Shown in pieces: positions 1 through 12,310 of a DNA stretch of 64,000 bases (position 1 is its first letter; each line of letters opens with the position of its first letter). Both the position numbers and the translations under genes were made by a program. The DNA is taken from positions 224,001 to 288,000 of the forward strand of contig CBDDBZ010000033.1 of the NCBI GenBank assembly GCA_965225945.1, written 5' to 3'. The stretch comes from Alphaproteobacteria bacterium (GTDB lineage Bacteria; Pseudomonadota; Alphaproteobacteria; GCA-2731375). The notes under the pieces are model-generated. The model did no database searches, was not told the DNA's origin, and saw only the letters and a program-made list of their open reading frames with translations.

Positions 1-78
1 TCTGTTGCGTCTTCCCTCCGGCTGGACGCTCGCGTGGATGCTCGCCGGGCTCGAGCGATCCGCCACGAACTCGCCGCC

Positions 79-573
79 TCAGCGCGTCAGGTCGATGGAG
101 GGCGCCGGACCCGGCCTTTCGATCCGGTACACGGTCTCGCCCCGGTCCGTCCACACCTCGACCCGCCGGGGTTTGCTGGGGCCGCGAGACGCGGGACGTT
201 CGCTCCCAGGCCCACGTCGCTCCCCGCCATTCGGGCGAGATGATGCATGGGACGACCGGTGCTCGACGCGGGAGCCCCAATCGTTGGAGTCGTGGCGTCG
301 ACGATTTCCGTTCCCATGGTGGTCGTCGCGAGAGCGTCGATGGCCTCGGTGTCCCCGATGTTCGCGCTCTCGATCATCGAGGTCGAACCCAGCGGTACTA
401 TCGTAACCCAGGAGGTAGAAGATCGGACTGGCACTGAAAAAGCCGTCGAGGCCGGCGCAGACCGGATGCTCACAGGAGCCGTTCTCGTCGTGGATTCTGT
501 TGCCGGCGTGGCAACCCGCCAGCACGAGGGTAGCGAGAAATATGAGGGGCGTGACGACACGCGGCTTGACCAT
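79..573 (-). CDS. Hypothetical His/Arg-rich lipoprotein
   Basis: ATG at 573 preceded by AAGGAG; signal peptide with lipobox LAGC; low-complexity H/R/G/D tract; ends RRVEV...IDLTR. Confidence 0.65.
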   Translation of the reverse strand: MVKPRVVTPLIFLATLVLAGCHAGNRIHDENGSCEHPVCAGLDGFFSASPIFYLLGYDSTAGFDLDDREREHRGHRGHRRSRDDHHGNGNRRRHDSNDWGSRVEHRSSHASSRPNGGERRGPGSERPASRGPSKPRRVEVWTDRGETVYRIERPGPAPSIDLTR

Positions 574-685
574 GGAATTCTCCTTCCGGCGCGCTGCGTC
601 GGGCGACCTCGGTTCGCCGTCGTCGAGCGACGACTCGAAACGACCCTCCCGCTCGCCGAGCCCCGAGCCGAGCGGCACCACCCCC

Positions 686-1251
686 TCAGCGCGTCAGGTC
701 GATGTTGGGGCCCGTAGCCGGGCTCTGGAACCGGTAGCGAGGCTTCCGCCGGTCTTTCCGCACCTCTACCCGCCGTGGTTCCGGCGCCACGCGGGCCTCG
801 CGACGTTGCGCGCGCGACGGTCGGGCGACACATGGGACCTTCGGCGCTCGACCCGGCTCCGCCAAACCTCGGAGCGGGAGCGATGGCGACGCGAGACGCC
901 ATGGCGGTTGCCACCGTGGCGGCCCTGGAAGTGGGGTTGACGGTGGAACGTGCCACCGTGCCAATGACCGCTGAACCGCCGGCGCGGCCGATGGCCCCAA
1001 CGATGAGGGCGATGATGGCGCTGCACGCGATGTGGCCGCCGGAGACCGGTATCGCCGAAGAAGGGGCGAGGATGGCGATACACGTGATGCGGCCGCCGGA
1101 GGCCGCTATTGCGGAAGAAGATGCAGAGCGGCCGATCGCAGAACGCCACCCCGCCACGGTAGCCCCGGCCACCGTGGCCGCCATCGGCGAGCGCCGGCGT
1201 CGCCAGCAAGGCGAAGAGCGCGAGAATGAGCGGTTTGTAGAACGATTTCAT
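686..1251 (-). pseudogene. Secreted His/Arg-rich protein, paralog of 79-573, frameshifted near its 3' end
   Basis: AGAAGG before ATG at 1251; signal peptide ending ALA; ORF stops at 766, while the homologous C-terminus (RRVEV...IDLTR*) lies in another frame ending at 686. Confidence 0.55.
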
Positions 1252-1488
1252 GAACCTTCTCCTTGGCCGGACCCGAGCACGGCTCGGTGTCGATGGCCCG
1301 CACCATGATGCCGGCCGCCTGAACCCAGGCTGAGGCTCGCATTCATTTTGCGTTCATCGCGATCACGATTTCGTGCGAGGACGAAGGGGGCCGGAGATGC
1401 GGGTTTTACCGGCGTTTTTGGCCGCAACCACGCCCGTGCTATATCCTCCCCGGCGCTTGGGGAAGGCCGAGCGCAAGGGGGGTAATCG

Positions 1489-3186
<1,698 letters not shown>

Positions 3187-3306
3187 GCGGGCACCCGGGG
3201 CTCGGCTCGCCGCTCCCGGCGGGCCGTGCATTATGGCCCCCCAGGTCGCACCCCCCAGGTCGGAAGCCCCTTTGCGCCTGATCGCCGAGTGGCTGGCGGC
3301 GGCGCC

Positions 3307-4029
3307 GTGAAGCGGTTCTACGACGCCGTGGCGGTCCAGCCGCTGGCCGACGGTGGCCACGAGATCGCGCTCGACGGCCGGCCGGTGCGCACGCCGCTCC
3401 GCGCCGCACTTCGCCTGCCGACGCTCGCGCTCGCCGAGGCCGTCGCCGAGGAATGGCGTGCCCAGGGCGAGGACATCGAGCCCGCGACGATGCCGATATC
3501 GACCCTCGCCAATACCGCGATCGATCGGGTCGGCGACGACCGCGAAGGGGTGATCGATGCCGTTGCCGCTTATGGCGAGACCGACATGGTGTGCTATCTT
3601 GCGGGCGAGCCTTCGAGTCTCGTCGCGCGCCAGGAGAGGCATTGGCGGCCGATCCGCGAATGGTTGGCGAGCGCGCACGGGATCGAGCTTCTGGCCACTG
3701 CCGGGATCATGCCGCTGGTGCAGGCCCCCGCGACGCTCGCCGCCCTGCGCCGGCTGATCGGCGCGCACGACGATATGGAACTCGCTGCGCTCTCCGAATT
3801 GACCACGCTTTCGGGCTCGCTCGCCATCGCGAATGCGCTCTCTTGGGGCGCCATCGACGTCGAGGCCGCCTGGATCGCGGCCGAGGTGGACGAGGCGCAC
3901 CAGGCCGAACTCTGGGGCCAGGACGAGGAGGCGATGGAGCGCCGCCGGCGCCGCGGCCGGGCATTCCGCGACGCGATGCGCTTCCTGACCCTGGCGCGAG
4001 GTGGACGCAGCGGAGGGCCGTCAGTATAA
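3307..4029 (+). CDS. ATP12 family F1-ATPase chaperone
   Basis: GTG start giving KRFY..., LDGRPVRTP, EW.AQ...I.P.TMP and C-terminal WG.D.EA motifs. Confidence 0.88.
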   Translation: MKRFYDAVAVQPLADGGHEIALDGRPVRTPLRAALRLPTLALAEAVAEEWRAQGEDIEPATMPISTLANTAIDRVGDDREGVIDAVAAYGETDMVCYLAGEPSSLVARQERHWRPIREWLASAHGIELLATAGIMPLVQAPATLAALRRLIGAHDDMELAALSELTTLSGSLAIANALSWGAIDVEAAWIAAEVDEAHQAELWGQDEEAMERRRRRGRAFRDAMRFLTLARGGRSGGPSV

Positions 4030-4084
4030 GTCGCGGGCCGTGGCCGGCACGGCCGCTTCCCGATGACGATGCAAGCCGCTCGAG

Positions 4085-5362
4085 ATGTTCGATATTCGTT
4101 GGATACGCAAGAATCCGGAAGCCTTCGACACCGGTCTCGCCAAGCGCGGGCTGGCGCCTTTGGCCGCTGATCTGGTCGCGCTGGACGGCGAGCGCCGGGC
4201 CGCGACGACGCAGGCGCAGGAAGCCCGCTCGCGGCGCAACGAGGCCTCGAAGCGGATCGGCAAGGCCAAGGCCGGCGGCGAGGACGCGAGCGCGCTGATC
4301 GCCGAAGTGGCGCGAGTGAAGCAAGGCCTGGCCGACGACGAGGCGCGAATTCGCGAGGTCGAGGGGCGCCTTCGCGAGCTTCTGGTCGCACTGCCCAATC
4401 TGCCGGCCGACGACGTGCCCCTCGGCGAAGACGAGGCGGCGAACGTCGAGGCGCGCCAGTGGGGCACGCCGCCCGCGTTCGACTTCGAGCCCAAGCAGCA
4501 TTTCGAGCTCGGCGAGGCGCTGGGCGAGATGGATTTCGAAACCGCCTCGCGCCTCTCGGGCGCGCGCTTCGTCGTGCTCAGCGGCCGGCTGGCGCGCCTG
4601 GAGCGCGCCCTGGCGCAGTTCATGCTCGACATCCACACCGAGGAATTCGGTTACACCGAGGTGAGCCCGCCTTATCTGGTCCGCGGGCACACCGCCTTCG
4701 GCACCGGCAACCTGCCCAAATTCGCGGACGACCTGTTTCGGACGGAGGAAGAACTCTATCTGATCCCGACGGCGGAGATGCCGCTCACCAACCTGGTGCG
4801 CGAGCGGATCTTGGAAGAGGCGGAACTGCCGCTCCGCTTTGTCGCGCACACGCCCTGCTTCCGCGCCGAAGCCGGGGCGGCCGGGCGCGATACCCGGGGC
4901 ATGATCCGCCTGCACCAGTTCGCCAAGGTCGAGCTGGTCTCCATCACCACGCCCGAGGCCTCAGGGCCTGAGCACGAGCGGATGACCGCCTGCGCTGAAG
5001 CCGTCTTGCAACGCCTCGAACTGCCCTATCGGGTGATGGTGCTGTCGAGCGGCGACATGGGCCCCGCGGCGCGCAAGACCTACGACCTCGAGGTGTGGTT
5101 GCCCGGCCAAGGTCTCTATCGGGAGATCTCGAGCTGTTCCGACTGCGGCGACTATCAGGCCCGGCGGATGGACGCGCGCTTCCGACCCGCCGAAGGCAAG
5201 GGCACCCGCTTCGTCCACAGCCTGAACGGGTCCGCGCTCGCGGTCGGCCGGACGCTGGTCGCCGTGCTGGAGAACCGTCAGACGGCCGACGGCTCGGTTA
5301 CGATTCCATCGGCGCTGCGCCCCTACATCGGCGGGTGGGAACGGATCGACGCCGATGGCTGA
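4085..5362 (+). CDS. serS: Serine--tRNA ligase
   Basis: Coiled-coil arm, [46 protein letters not shown]. Confidence 0.98.
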   Translation: MFDIRWIRKNPEAFDTGLAKRGLAPLAADLVALDGERRAATTQAQEARSRRNEASKRIGKAKAGGEDASALIAEVARVKQGLADDEARIREVEGRLRELLVALPNLPADDVPLGEDEAANVEARQWGTPPAFDFEPKQHFELGEALGEMDFETASRLSGARFVVLSGRLARLERALAQFMLDIHTEEFGYTEVSPPYLVRGHTAFGTGNLPKFADDLFRTEEELYLIPTAEMPLTNLVRERILEEAELPLRFVAHTPCFRAEAGAAGRDTRGMIRLHQFAKVELVSITTPEASGPEHERMTACAEAVLQRLELPYRVMVLSSGDMGPAARKTYDLEVWLPGQGLYREISSCSDCGDYQARRMDARFRPAEGKGTRFVHSLNGSALAVGRTLVAVLENRQTADGSVTIPSALRPYIGGWERIDADG

Positions 5363-6143
5363 CGTCGCCATCCCCGATCTCGGCCAGGCTCGCATCCTCG
5401 TCACCAACGACGACGGGATCCACGCGCCCGGCCTGAAGGTGCTGGAAAAGGTGGCGCGCGGACTTTCCAAGGACGTCTGGGTGGTGGCGCCGGAGACCGA
5501 GCAGAGCGGCGCCTCCCACTCGCTGAGCTTGACCGAGCCGCTGCGCGTTCGCCTGCAATCGCGCCGCCGCTACGCGGTGCGCGGCACGCCGACCGACTGC
5601 GTCCTGATGGCGCTGCACGAGATCCTGGTCGACCGGCCGCCGGACTTGGTGCTCTGCGGCGTCAATCGCGGCGCCAACATGGCCGAGGACGTGACTTATT
5701 CGGGCACCATCGCGGCGGCGATGGAGAGCACGCTCCTGGGCGTGGCGTCGATCGCCTTCAGCCAGTGCGTGGCGCCCGACCATCCGCCCAAATGGTCGAC
5801 CGCCGAGGCCCACGCGCCGAGCGTGATCCGCAAACTGGTGGCGGCCGGTTGGCCGAGCCGGGCCTTTATCAACGTGAACTTTCCCGACGTGCCCCACGCC
5901 GCCGTCACCGGCACGCGGATCTGCCGGCAGGGGAGGCGAGATTTCAACGATCTGCTGATCGATTCCCGGGTCGATCCGCGCGGCCAGCCTTACTATTGGC
6001 TCGGCTTCCGCCGCCAGGATGGCCGCCCGAAGCGCGATACCGATCTCGCCGTCGTGCTGGCGGGCGCCATCGCGGTGACGCCGCTGCAGCTCGATCTCAC
6101 CGACCGTCGGGCGATGAAGGCGCTCGGAGCCGTCCTCGAGTGA
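5355..6143 (+). CDS. surE: 5'/3'-nucleotidase SurE
   Basis: [31 protein letters not shown]. Confidence 0.97.
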   Translation: MADVAIPDLGQARILVTNDDGIHAPGLKVLEKVARGLSKDVWVVAPETEQSGASHSLSLTEPLRVRLQSRRRYAVRGTPTDCVLMALHEILVDRPPDLVLCGVNRGANMAEDVTYSGTIAAAMESTLLGVASIAFSQCVAPDHPPKWSTAEAHAPSVIRKLVAAGWPSRAFINVNFPDVPHAAVTGTRICRQGRRDFNDLLIDSRVDPRGQPYYWLGFRRQDGRPKRDTDLAVVLAGAIAVTPLQLDLTDRRAMKALGAVLE

Positions 6144-6778
6144 GCATCGAGGAAGACAAGATCGCGCTGGTCATGACCCTCCGCCGCGAGGGCATCACGG
6201 ATACCCGGGTGCTTTCGGCGCTGGAGCGGGTGCCACGCGGGGCCTTCGTGCCCGACGCCTTTCGCGATCGGGCCTACGAGAACATCGCGCTGCCCATCGG
6301 TCAGGGCCAGACCATCTCTCAGCCCTATGTGATCGCCTTCATGACCGCCGCGCTGGAGATCGGCGTGCGGATGAAGGTATTGGAGGTCGGCACCGGTTCC
6401 GGCTATCAGGCGGCCGTCCTGGCCCGGCTCTGTCGCCGGGTCTACACGGTGGAACGCCATCGCACGCTGCTCAGGGAGGCCGAGGCGCGCTTCCGGGCGC
6501 TCGATCTCCACAACGTCACCACCCGCTACGGCGACGGCCATGCCGGCTGGCCCGAGCAAGCCCCCTTCGACCGGATCATGCTGACGGCGGCGCCCAAAAA
6601 GATACCGGAAACCCTGTTGGCGCAGTTGGGCGAAAATGGGGTGCTGATCGCGCCGGTGGGTCGCCACGGCGATCAGGAGGTGGTGCGGGTGCGTCGCGTC
6701 GACGACGAGTTCGTGCAGGAAAGGCTGCTTCCCGTCCGCTTCGTGCCGATGGTGGCGGGTATCGCCCGTTCGGAATGA
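6140..6778 (+). CDS. pcm: Protein-L-isoaspartate O-methyltransferase
   Basis: GTGA overlap with the surE stop; QTISQPY, VLEVGTGSGYQAA, APFDRI. Confidence 0.95.
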   Translation: MSIEEDKIALVMTLRREGITDTRVLSALERVPRGAFVPDAFRDRAYENIALPIGQGQTISQPYVIAFMTAALEIGVRMKVLEVGTGSGYQAAVLARLCRRVYTVERHRTLLREAEARFRALDLHNVTTRYGDGHAGWPEQAPFDRIMLTAAPKKIPETLLAQLGENGVLIAPVGRHGDQEVVRVRRVDDEFVQERLLPVRFVPMVAGIARSE

Positions 6779-6828
6779 GCCCGCCGGTGGCCGTTGCGAG
6801 GACGATGGGCGGCGCATAAGGTTCGCGC

Positions 6829-7890
6829 ATGATTCGTCGCATCCGGGCGCGGGCCTCGATGGTCTCGACGGCGTTCGCCGTCGTTGCGTCGTGCCTTGTG
6901 ATCGGCGCCTGCACGAGCGATCGGCCCGCTCCCCTCGTCGATCGCACGGAACCGACCGCGCCGATACCCGCGGCCCGGACACCCGCAGCCCCGATTCCGA
7001 CGGCGAAGCCATCTCAGCCCTGGCCCGGCGAACGCTATGTCGTGCAGCCGGGCGACACGGTCCATCTGATCGCCCGGCGTTAAGCGGTACCGCTTCGCGA
7101 CCTGTTGGCGGCGAACGCGATTGCCCCGCCCTATCGCTTGGCGGTGGGCCAGACGCTCCGCCTGCCCAGGTCCAAGCGCCATGTCGTCGTCGCCGGCGAT
7201 ACCGTTTCCGGGCTGGCGCGCGCCTACGGCGTGAGCCCGCGACGCCTGGTGGCCGCCAATCGCCTGGTGCCGCCCTATACCATCCACATCGGCCGGGAAC
7301 TGATCCTGCCCTCGACGATTCCCCGCCACGCGGCGCGACGGCCGACGCCAGGAGTCCGCGTGATCGCCGGCGCCCCCCCCATCCCCACGGCCAGGCCGAG
7401 GCGCGAGGCGCCAAGGGCGCGGCCGGCGCCGAAGCGGCCGCGCGAGCGCGCCGGATCGCGTTTCGCCTGGCCGGTCCGGGGCCGGGTGATTTCGCGCTAC
7501 GGGCCGAAGCCGGGGGGCCTCTACAACGACGGGATCAACATCGCCGCCGGCCACGGCACCGCCGTCCGCGCGGCCGAAAACGGCGTCGTCGCCTATGTCG
7601 GCAACGAACTCGGCGGCTTTGGCAACCTCTTGCTGGTCCGCCACGCCGGCGGCTGGATGACCGCCTATGCGCATAACAGCGAGATCGTGGTGAAACCGGA
7701 GGATCGCGTCCGCCGGGGTCAGGTGATCGCTCGGGTCGGCCGCACCGGCAACGTCGGCACGGCACAGCTCCATTTCGAGCTGCGCCGAGGCGAGGCGGCT
7801 GTCGATCCGCTGAAATACATGGCGCGCCGGGCCGAAGCGGGCGTGCGCTTCAGAGCCGCACCCCGCGACGGCCCGCGAGGTCCTGGATGA
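6829..7890 (+). pseudogene. nlpD: NlpD-like LysM/M23 lipoprotein with an internal in-frame TAA (7081-7083)
   Basis: Lipobox-like IGAC, two LysM repeats and an M23 domain (NDGINI, YAH, LHFELR); the two ORFs are in one frame separated by one stop; canonical position after pcm. Confidence 0.8.
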
Positions 7891-8710
7891 ACTGCCAGGC
7901 GACGCGCCCGTTGCGCCCGCCCCGCGTCATCGACCACTCGATCGCCTCCGCCTCCAGCTCGTCGTCCGGGATCTCGATGCCGTGGTGATCGCGGTAGCCC
8001 CGGATCATCTGGAAAAATTCGTCCTGGCTGCAGTTATGGAAGCCGAGCCAGAGCCCAAAGCGGTCCGACATCGAGACCTTCTCCTCCACCGCCTCGGAGG
8101 GGCTGATCGCGGTCGAACGCTCGTTCTCCATCATGTCGCGAGGCATCAGATGGCGGCGGTTGGAGGTGGCGTAGAAGATCACGTTCTCGGGCCGACCCTC
8201 GATCCCGCCCTCGAGCACCGCCTTCAGCGACTTGTAGCTGGTGTCGTCGTGATCGAAGGAGAGATCGTCGCAGAACAGGAGGCAGCGCAATTCGGCGCCG
8301 CGCATCAGCTTCAAGAGGCGCGGCAGCGAAGGCGTGTCCTCGCGGTGGATCTCGACCAGCTTGAGCCTGCCCGGATACTCGCCCGCGACCTCGGCGTGGA
8401 CCGCCTTCACCAGGCTGCTCTTGCCCATGCCCCTGGCGCCCCAGAGCAGCGCGTTGTTGGCCGGCAGCGCGCGGGCGAAGCGCCGCGTGTTCTCCAGCAG
8501 GATGTCGCGATTGCGCTCGATCCCCACCAGCAGGTCGATCTCGATCCGGCTGACTCGGGCGACGGGCTCCAGGATCTCGCCCTCGGGATGCCAGATGAAG
8601 GCGTCGGCGGCGGCCAAGTCGGCGGGCGCGAGCGGGGGCGGGGCGAGGCGCTCGAGCGCGGCCGCGACGCGTTGCAGGAGGGCTTGATTCTCCGCCGTGG
8701 TTTCCGACAT
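7850..8710 (-). CDS. AAA+ ATPase, DUF815 family
   Basis: Walker A GARGMGKSS, FCDDLSF, YATSNRRHL, EEKVSMSDRFGLWLGF. Confidence 0.9.
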   Translation of the reverse strand: MSETTAENQALLQRVAAALERLAPPPLAPADLAAADAFIWHPEGEILEPVARVSRIEIDLLVGIERNRDILLENTRRFARALPANNALLWGARGMGKSSLVKAVHAEVAGEYPGRLKLVEIHREDTPSLPRLLKLMRGAELRCLLFCDDLSFDHDDTSYKSLKAVLEGGIEGRPENVIFYATSNRRHLMPRDMMENERSTAISPSEAVEEKVSMSDRFGLWLGFHNCSQDEFFQMIRGYRDHHGIEIPDDELEAEAIEWSMTRGGRNGRVAWQFIQDLAGRRGVRL

Positions 8711-8886
8711 GGGAGGCATGGTATCCGCAGTTGCCAGGCGCGCGGAACCTAGCACGGACTCGGGCCCGGTCAACCGCGCGCGGAAGGGGCAATTCATCGG
8801 CCAGGAGCGCCTAAGCCGTTGTTTGCAAATGCCGGGCGGGTCGCTATAGTCCCGCCGCCCCGGGGGCACCACAGGGAGAATTGGCG

Positions 8887-9330
8887 ATGTTCGTTTCCAC
8901 GGCGTACGCGCAGGCGGCCGGTGGCGCCGGCGGGAGCGATTTTCTCCTCCAGATGATGCCGCTGCTATTGATCTTCGTGATCTTTTGGTTTTTCCTCATC
9001 CGCCCGCAGCAGCGCAAGGCGAAGGAACACCGCGAGATGGTCTCGAACCTGAAGCGGAACGATCAGGTTCTGACCGAGGGCGGCATCATCGGCAAGGTGA
9101 CGAAGCTGCTCGACGAAGCCATGGTCCAGGTGGAGATCGCCGACAACGTCCGTGTTCGCGTCGCCCGCGCGAAGATCTCGGAAGTGATGAGCCGCACGCA
9201 GCCCGCCTCGGCCAAGGCCGACTCCAAGAAGGACGACGAGGGCGAGGCCAAGGACGACGGTGCCAAGACGGACGGTGCAAAGGCGAGCGGCGAGAAGAAG
9301 TCGATTTTCAGCTTCGGCCAGAAGAAATAG
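8887..9330 (+). CDS. yajC: Preprotein translocase subunit YajC
   Basis: FWFFLIRPQQR, V.T.GGI.G; upstream of secDF. Confidence 0.95.
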   Translation: MFVSTAYAQAAGGAGGSDFLLQMMPLLLIFVIFWFFLIRPQQRKAKEHREMVSNLKRNDQVLTEGGIIGKVTKLLDEAMVQVEIADNVRVRVARAKISEVMSRTQPASAKADSKKDDEGEAKDDGAKTDGAKASGEKKSIFSFGQKK

Positions 9331-9347
9331 GCGACGGCCCACCCGCG

Positions 9348-10976
9348 ATGCTCTATTTCGCCCGCTGGAAGATCATTCTGGTCCTCTTGATTTGCCTCGC
9401 CGGAGTCGGCTTCACGGGGCCCAACTTCGTCGCCGAACGGACCGCCGAGGCTATCCCTGAGTGGCTGCCGCGCAACCAGATCAGCCTCGGCCTCGACCTC
9501 CAGGGCGGCTCTCACCTGTTGCTGGAGGTGGATGTCGACGCGGTCGTCGCCGAGCGGATGGAGAGCATCGAGGATGCGATCCGGAACGAATTCCGGAGCG
9601 ATCGCATCGGCTATCGCGGCCTCGGCGCCCATGCCGATTACGTCTCCGTCCAGATCCGCAAGCCGGAGCAGTTCGAGCGCGCCCTGGAGCTGGTGCGCGG
9701 CCTCGCCGCGCCGATCAGCTTCAACCCGCTGACCGGGCTCGGCGGCGGCCAGGACCTGGAGATCCAAGAGACGGGTGATGGCGGCATCGAGATCCGGCTA
9801 ACCGAGGCGGCGGTGAGCGAGCGCAAGAGTTCGGCCCTCGACCAGACGATCGAAATCATTCGCCGCCGGATCGACCAACTCGGCACCCGTGAGCCCACCA
9901 TCCAGCGCCAGGGGCAAGAACGGATCCTGGTCCAGCTTCCCGGCCTGCAAGATCCCGAGCGGGTCAAGACCATCCTCGGCAAGACCGCGAAGATGGTCTT
10001 CCGCCTGGTCGACGTCACCACCAGTGCGTCGAGCGTGCGTGCCGGTGGACGGCTTCCGCCGGGATCGCAACTGTTGGAGTCGGACGAACGCGGCCCCGAC
10101 GGCGAGCCGGCCGACTATTACGTCGTGCGCAAGCGGGTGATGGTGAGCGGCGACAAACTGGTCGATGCCCAAGCATCGACGGATTCGCGCACGGGCGAGC
10201 CGGTGGTGAGCTTCCGGTTCGATTCCTCCGGCGCCAAACAGTTCGGCAAGGTGACGCAGGAAAACGTCAACCGCCCCTTCGCCATCGTGCTCGACAACCG
10301 GGTGATCAGCGCGCCGGTGATCCGCGAGCCGATCCTGGGTGGCGCCGGCCAGATTTCCGGCAGCTTCACCTACCAGGAAGTGAACGACCTCGCCGTCCTG
10401 CTGCGCGCCGGCGCGCTGCCGGCCCCGATCAAAATTCTGGAGGAGCGTACGGTCGGACCCGCGCTGGGCGCCGACTCGATCGCCGCCGGCAAGATCGCCA
10501 GCATCATCGGCTTTGTCCTGGTGATGATCTTCATGGTGGTGGCCTATGGCATTTTCGGCATCGCCGCCGACATCGCGCTGATTTTGAACCTGTTCCTGAT
10601 CGTCGGTGCGCTGTCGGCACTTCAGGCGACACTGACGCTTCCCGGCATCGCCGGAATCGTGCTCACCATCGGCATGGCGGTGGACGCGAACGTGCTGGTG
10701 TTCGAGCGCATCCGCGAGGAGATACGGAGCGGAAAGACACCCTTCAACGCCATGGAGGCCGGCTATCGCCGCGCCATCGGCACCATCCTCGACGCCAACA
10801 TCACGACCTTCATCGCCGCCGCGATCCTCTTCGCCATGGGCTCCGGTCCGATCAAGGGTTTCTCCGTGACCTTGGCCATCGGGATCATCACCTCGGTCTT
10901 CACCGCCGTGTTCGTCACGCGGATGATGCTGGTCATCTGGCTGCGCCGCACCCGGCCGCAGACCCTGCCGATCTAG
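9348..10976 (+). CDS. secD: Protein translocase subunit SecD
   Basis: LGLDLQGG, RTVGPALG, GMAVDANVLVFERIREE. Confidence 0.97.
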   Translation: MLYFARWKIILVLLICLAGVGFTGPNFVAERTAEAIPEWLPRNQISLGLDLQGGSHLLLEVDVDAVVAERMESIEDAIRNEFRSDRIGYRGLGAHADYVSVQIRKPEQFERALELVRGLAAPISFNPLTGLGGGQDLEIQETGDGGIEIRLTEAAVSERKSSALDQTIEIIRRRIDQLGTREPTIQRQGQERILVQLPGLQDPERVKTILGKTAKMVFRLVDVTTSASSVRAGGRLPPGSQLLESDERGPDGEPADYYVVRKRVMVSGDKLVDAQASTDSRTGEPVVSFRFDSSGAKQFGKVTQENVNRPFAIVLDNRVISAPVIREPILGGAGQISGSFTYQEVNDLAVLLRAGALPAPIKILEERTVGPALGADSIAAGKIASIIGFVLVMIFMVVAYGIFGIAADIALILNLFLIVGALSALQATLTLPGIAGIVLTIGMAVDANVLVFERIREEIRSGKTPFNAMEAGYRRAIGTILDANITTFIAAAILFAMGSGPIKGFSVTLAIGIITSVFTAVFVTRMMLVIWLRRTRPQTLPI

Positions 10977-10980
10977 AGGG

Positions 10981-11922
10981 ATGGCCATGCTGCGCGGATT
11001 GAAACTGGTTCCAAGCGACACCAAGATCCCCTTTATGAGCTGGCGGCGCTATGCGGTTCCGGCCTCCCTCGCCCTCGCACTTCTCTCGGTAATAGTCGCC
11101 TTCGTGCCCGGACTCAACTTCGGTATCGACTTCCGGGGCGGCATCTTGATCGAGGTTAGAACGCAGGGCCCGGCCGACCTCGGCCAAATGCGCGCTTCGC
11201 TCGGCGACCTCGGCCTCGGCGAGGTGGCGCTGCAGGAATTTGGCCAGGACACCGACGTGCTGATCCGCATCGAGCGCCAACCCGGCGACTCGGAGGCGCA
11301 GAACGCCGCGGTACAGAAGGTTCGCAACACCTTGGGCGAGGGGGTCGATTATCGCCGGGTGGAGTTCGTCGGCCCCAAGGTCAGCGGCGAGCTGATCGAG
11401 GCGGGCGCGATCGCGATCGTCCTCGCCATCGTGTTGATGCTGGTCTACATCTGGTTCCGCTTCGAGTGGCATTTCGGCTTGGGCGCGGTGATCGCCCTGA
11501 TCCACGACGTCTTGCTCTCCATCGGCTTCTTCGGGGTGACACAGCTCGAGTTCAATCTCTCGACCATCGCCGCGCTACTGACCATCGTCGGCTATTCGAT
11601 CAACGATACCGTGGTCGTCTACGACCGGGTGCGCGAGAACCTCCGGAAATATAAATCGACACCCTTGCTCGACGTCCTGAACCGGGCGATCAACGATACG
11701 CTCTCGCGCACCACCATGACCTCGCTGACGACGCTGCTGGCGCTGCTGGCGCTCTTTCTCTTTGGTGGCGAGGTGATCCGGGGCTTCGTCTCGGCGATGA
11801 TCTGGGGCGTCTTGATCGGCACCTATTCCTCCATCTTCATCGCCGCGCCCCTGCTCATGACCCTCGGCCTGGAGCGCCAGCGGGCCCGCGAGATCGGGGA
11901 GGAGGCCGGCGCGGCCGACTAG
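10981..11922 (+). CDS. secF: Protein translocase subunit SecF
   Basis: GIDFRGG, GYSINDTVVVYDRVRE, GTYSSIFIA. Confidence 0.97.
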   Translation: MAMLRGLKLVPSDTKIPFMSWRRYAVPASLALALLSVIVAFVPGLNFGIDFRGGILIEVRTQGPADLGQMRASLGDLGLGEVALQEFGQDTDVLIRIERQPGDSEAQNAAVQKVRNTLGEGVDYRRVEFVGPKVSGELIEAGAIAIVLAIVLMLVYIWFRFEWHFGLGAVIALIHDVLLSIGFFGVTQLEFNLSTIAALLTIVGYSINDTVVVYDRVRENLRKYKSTPLLDVLNRAINDTLSRTTMTSLTTLLALLALFLFGGEVIRGFVSAMIWGVLIGTYSSIFIAAPLLMTLGLERQRAREIGEEAGAAD

Positions 11923-11932
11923 AGCCTGAGCC

Positions 11933-12310
11933 ATGGACATCACCCCGCCCCCCGCCGCCGGCCACCAGGTGATCCAGGCCTACGGCGGCGGCGGCTTCCG
12001 GATCGCCGGCGCGCGACACGAAGGTGCGGTTCTGGTGCTGCCGGAGAAAACCCTTTCCTGGCCCCTCGCGGCACCGCCCGCGATCGACGCCGAAAGCCTG
12101 GCAGCACTTCGCGACACCGACCCTGGCGTCGAGCTGCTGCTGATCGGCACCGGGGCCCGGATGGCGCGGATCGAGACCGAATTGCGCCGGACCGTGAAGT
12201 CCTGGGGCATCGTGCTCGACGCCATGGACACCGGCGCGGCGTGCCGCACTTATAACGTCCTGATGCTGGAGGAGCGGCGCGTGGCGGCGGCGCTGCTGCC
12301 GGTCGACTGA
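11933..12310 (+). CDS. Mth938/NDUFAF3-like protein
   Basis: ELLLIGTG, MDTGAACRTYNVLMLEERRVAAAL. Confidence 0.92.
   Translation: MDITPPPAAGHQVIQAYGGGGFRIAGARHEGAVLVLPEKTLSWPLAAPPAIDAESLAALRDTDPGVELLLIGTGARMARIETELRRTVKSWGIVLDAMDTGAACRTYNVLMLEERRVAAALLPVD

Noticed and set aside
1419-1435. Sigma54 promoter for amtB
   Set aside because: GG-N10-GC spacing is present, but the match to TGGCAC-N5-TTGC is poor and no convincing NtrC site was seen.
7081-7083. Programmed stop-codon readthrough or recoding in nlpD
   Set aside because: TAA is not a Sec/Pyl codon and is used as a normal stop elsewhere in the window; a point change is simpler.
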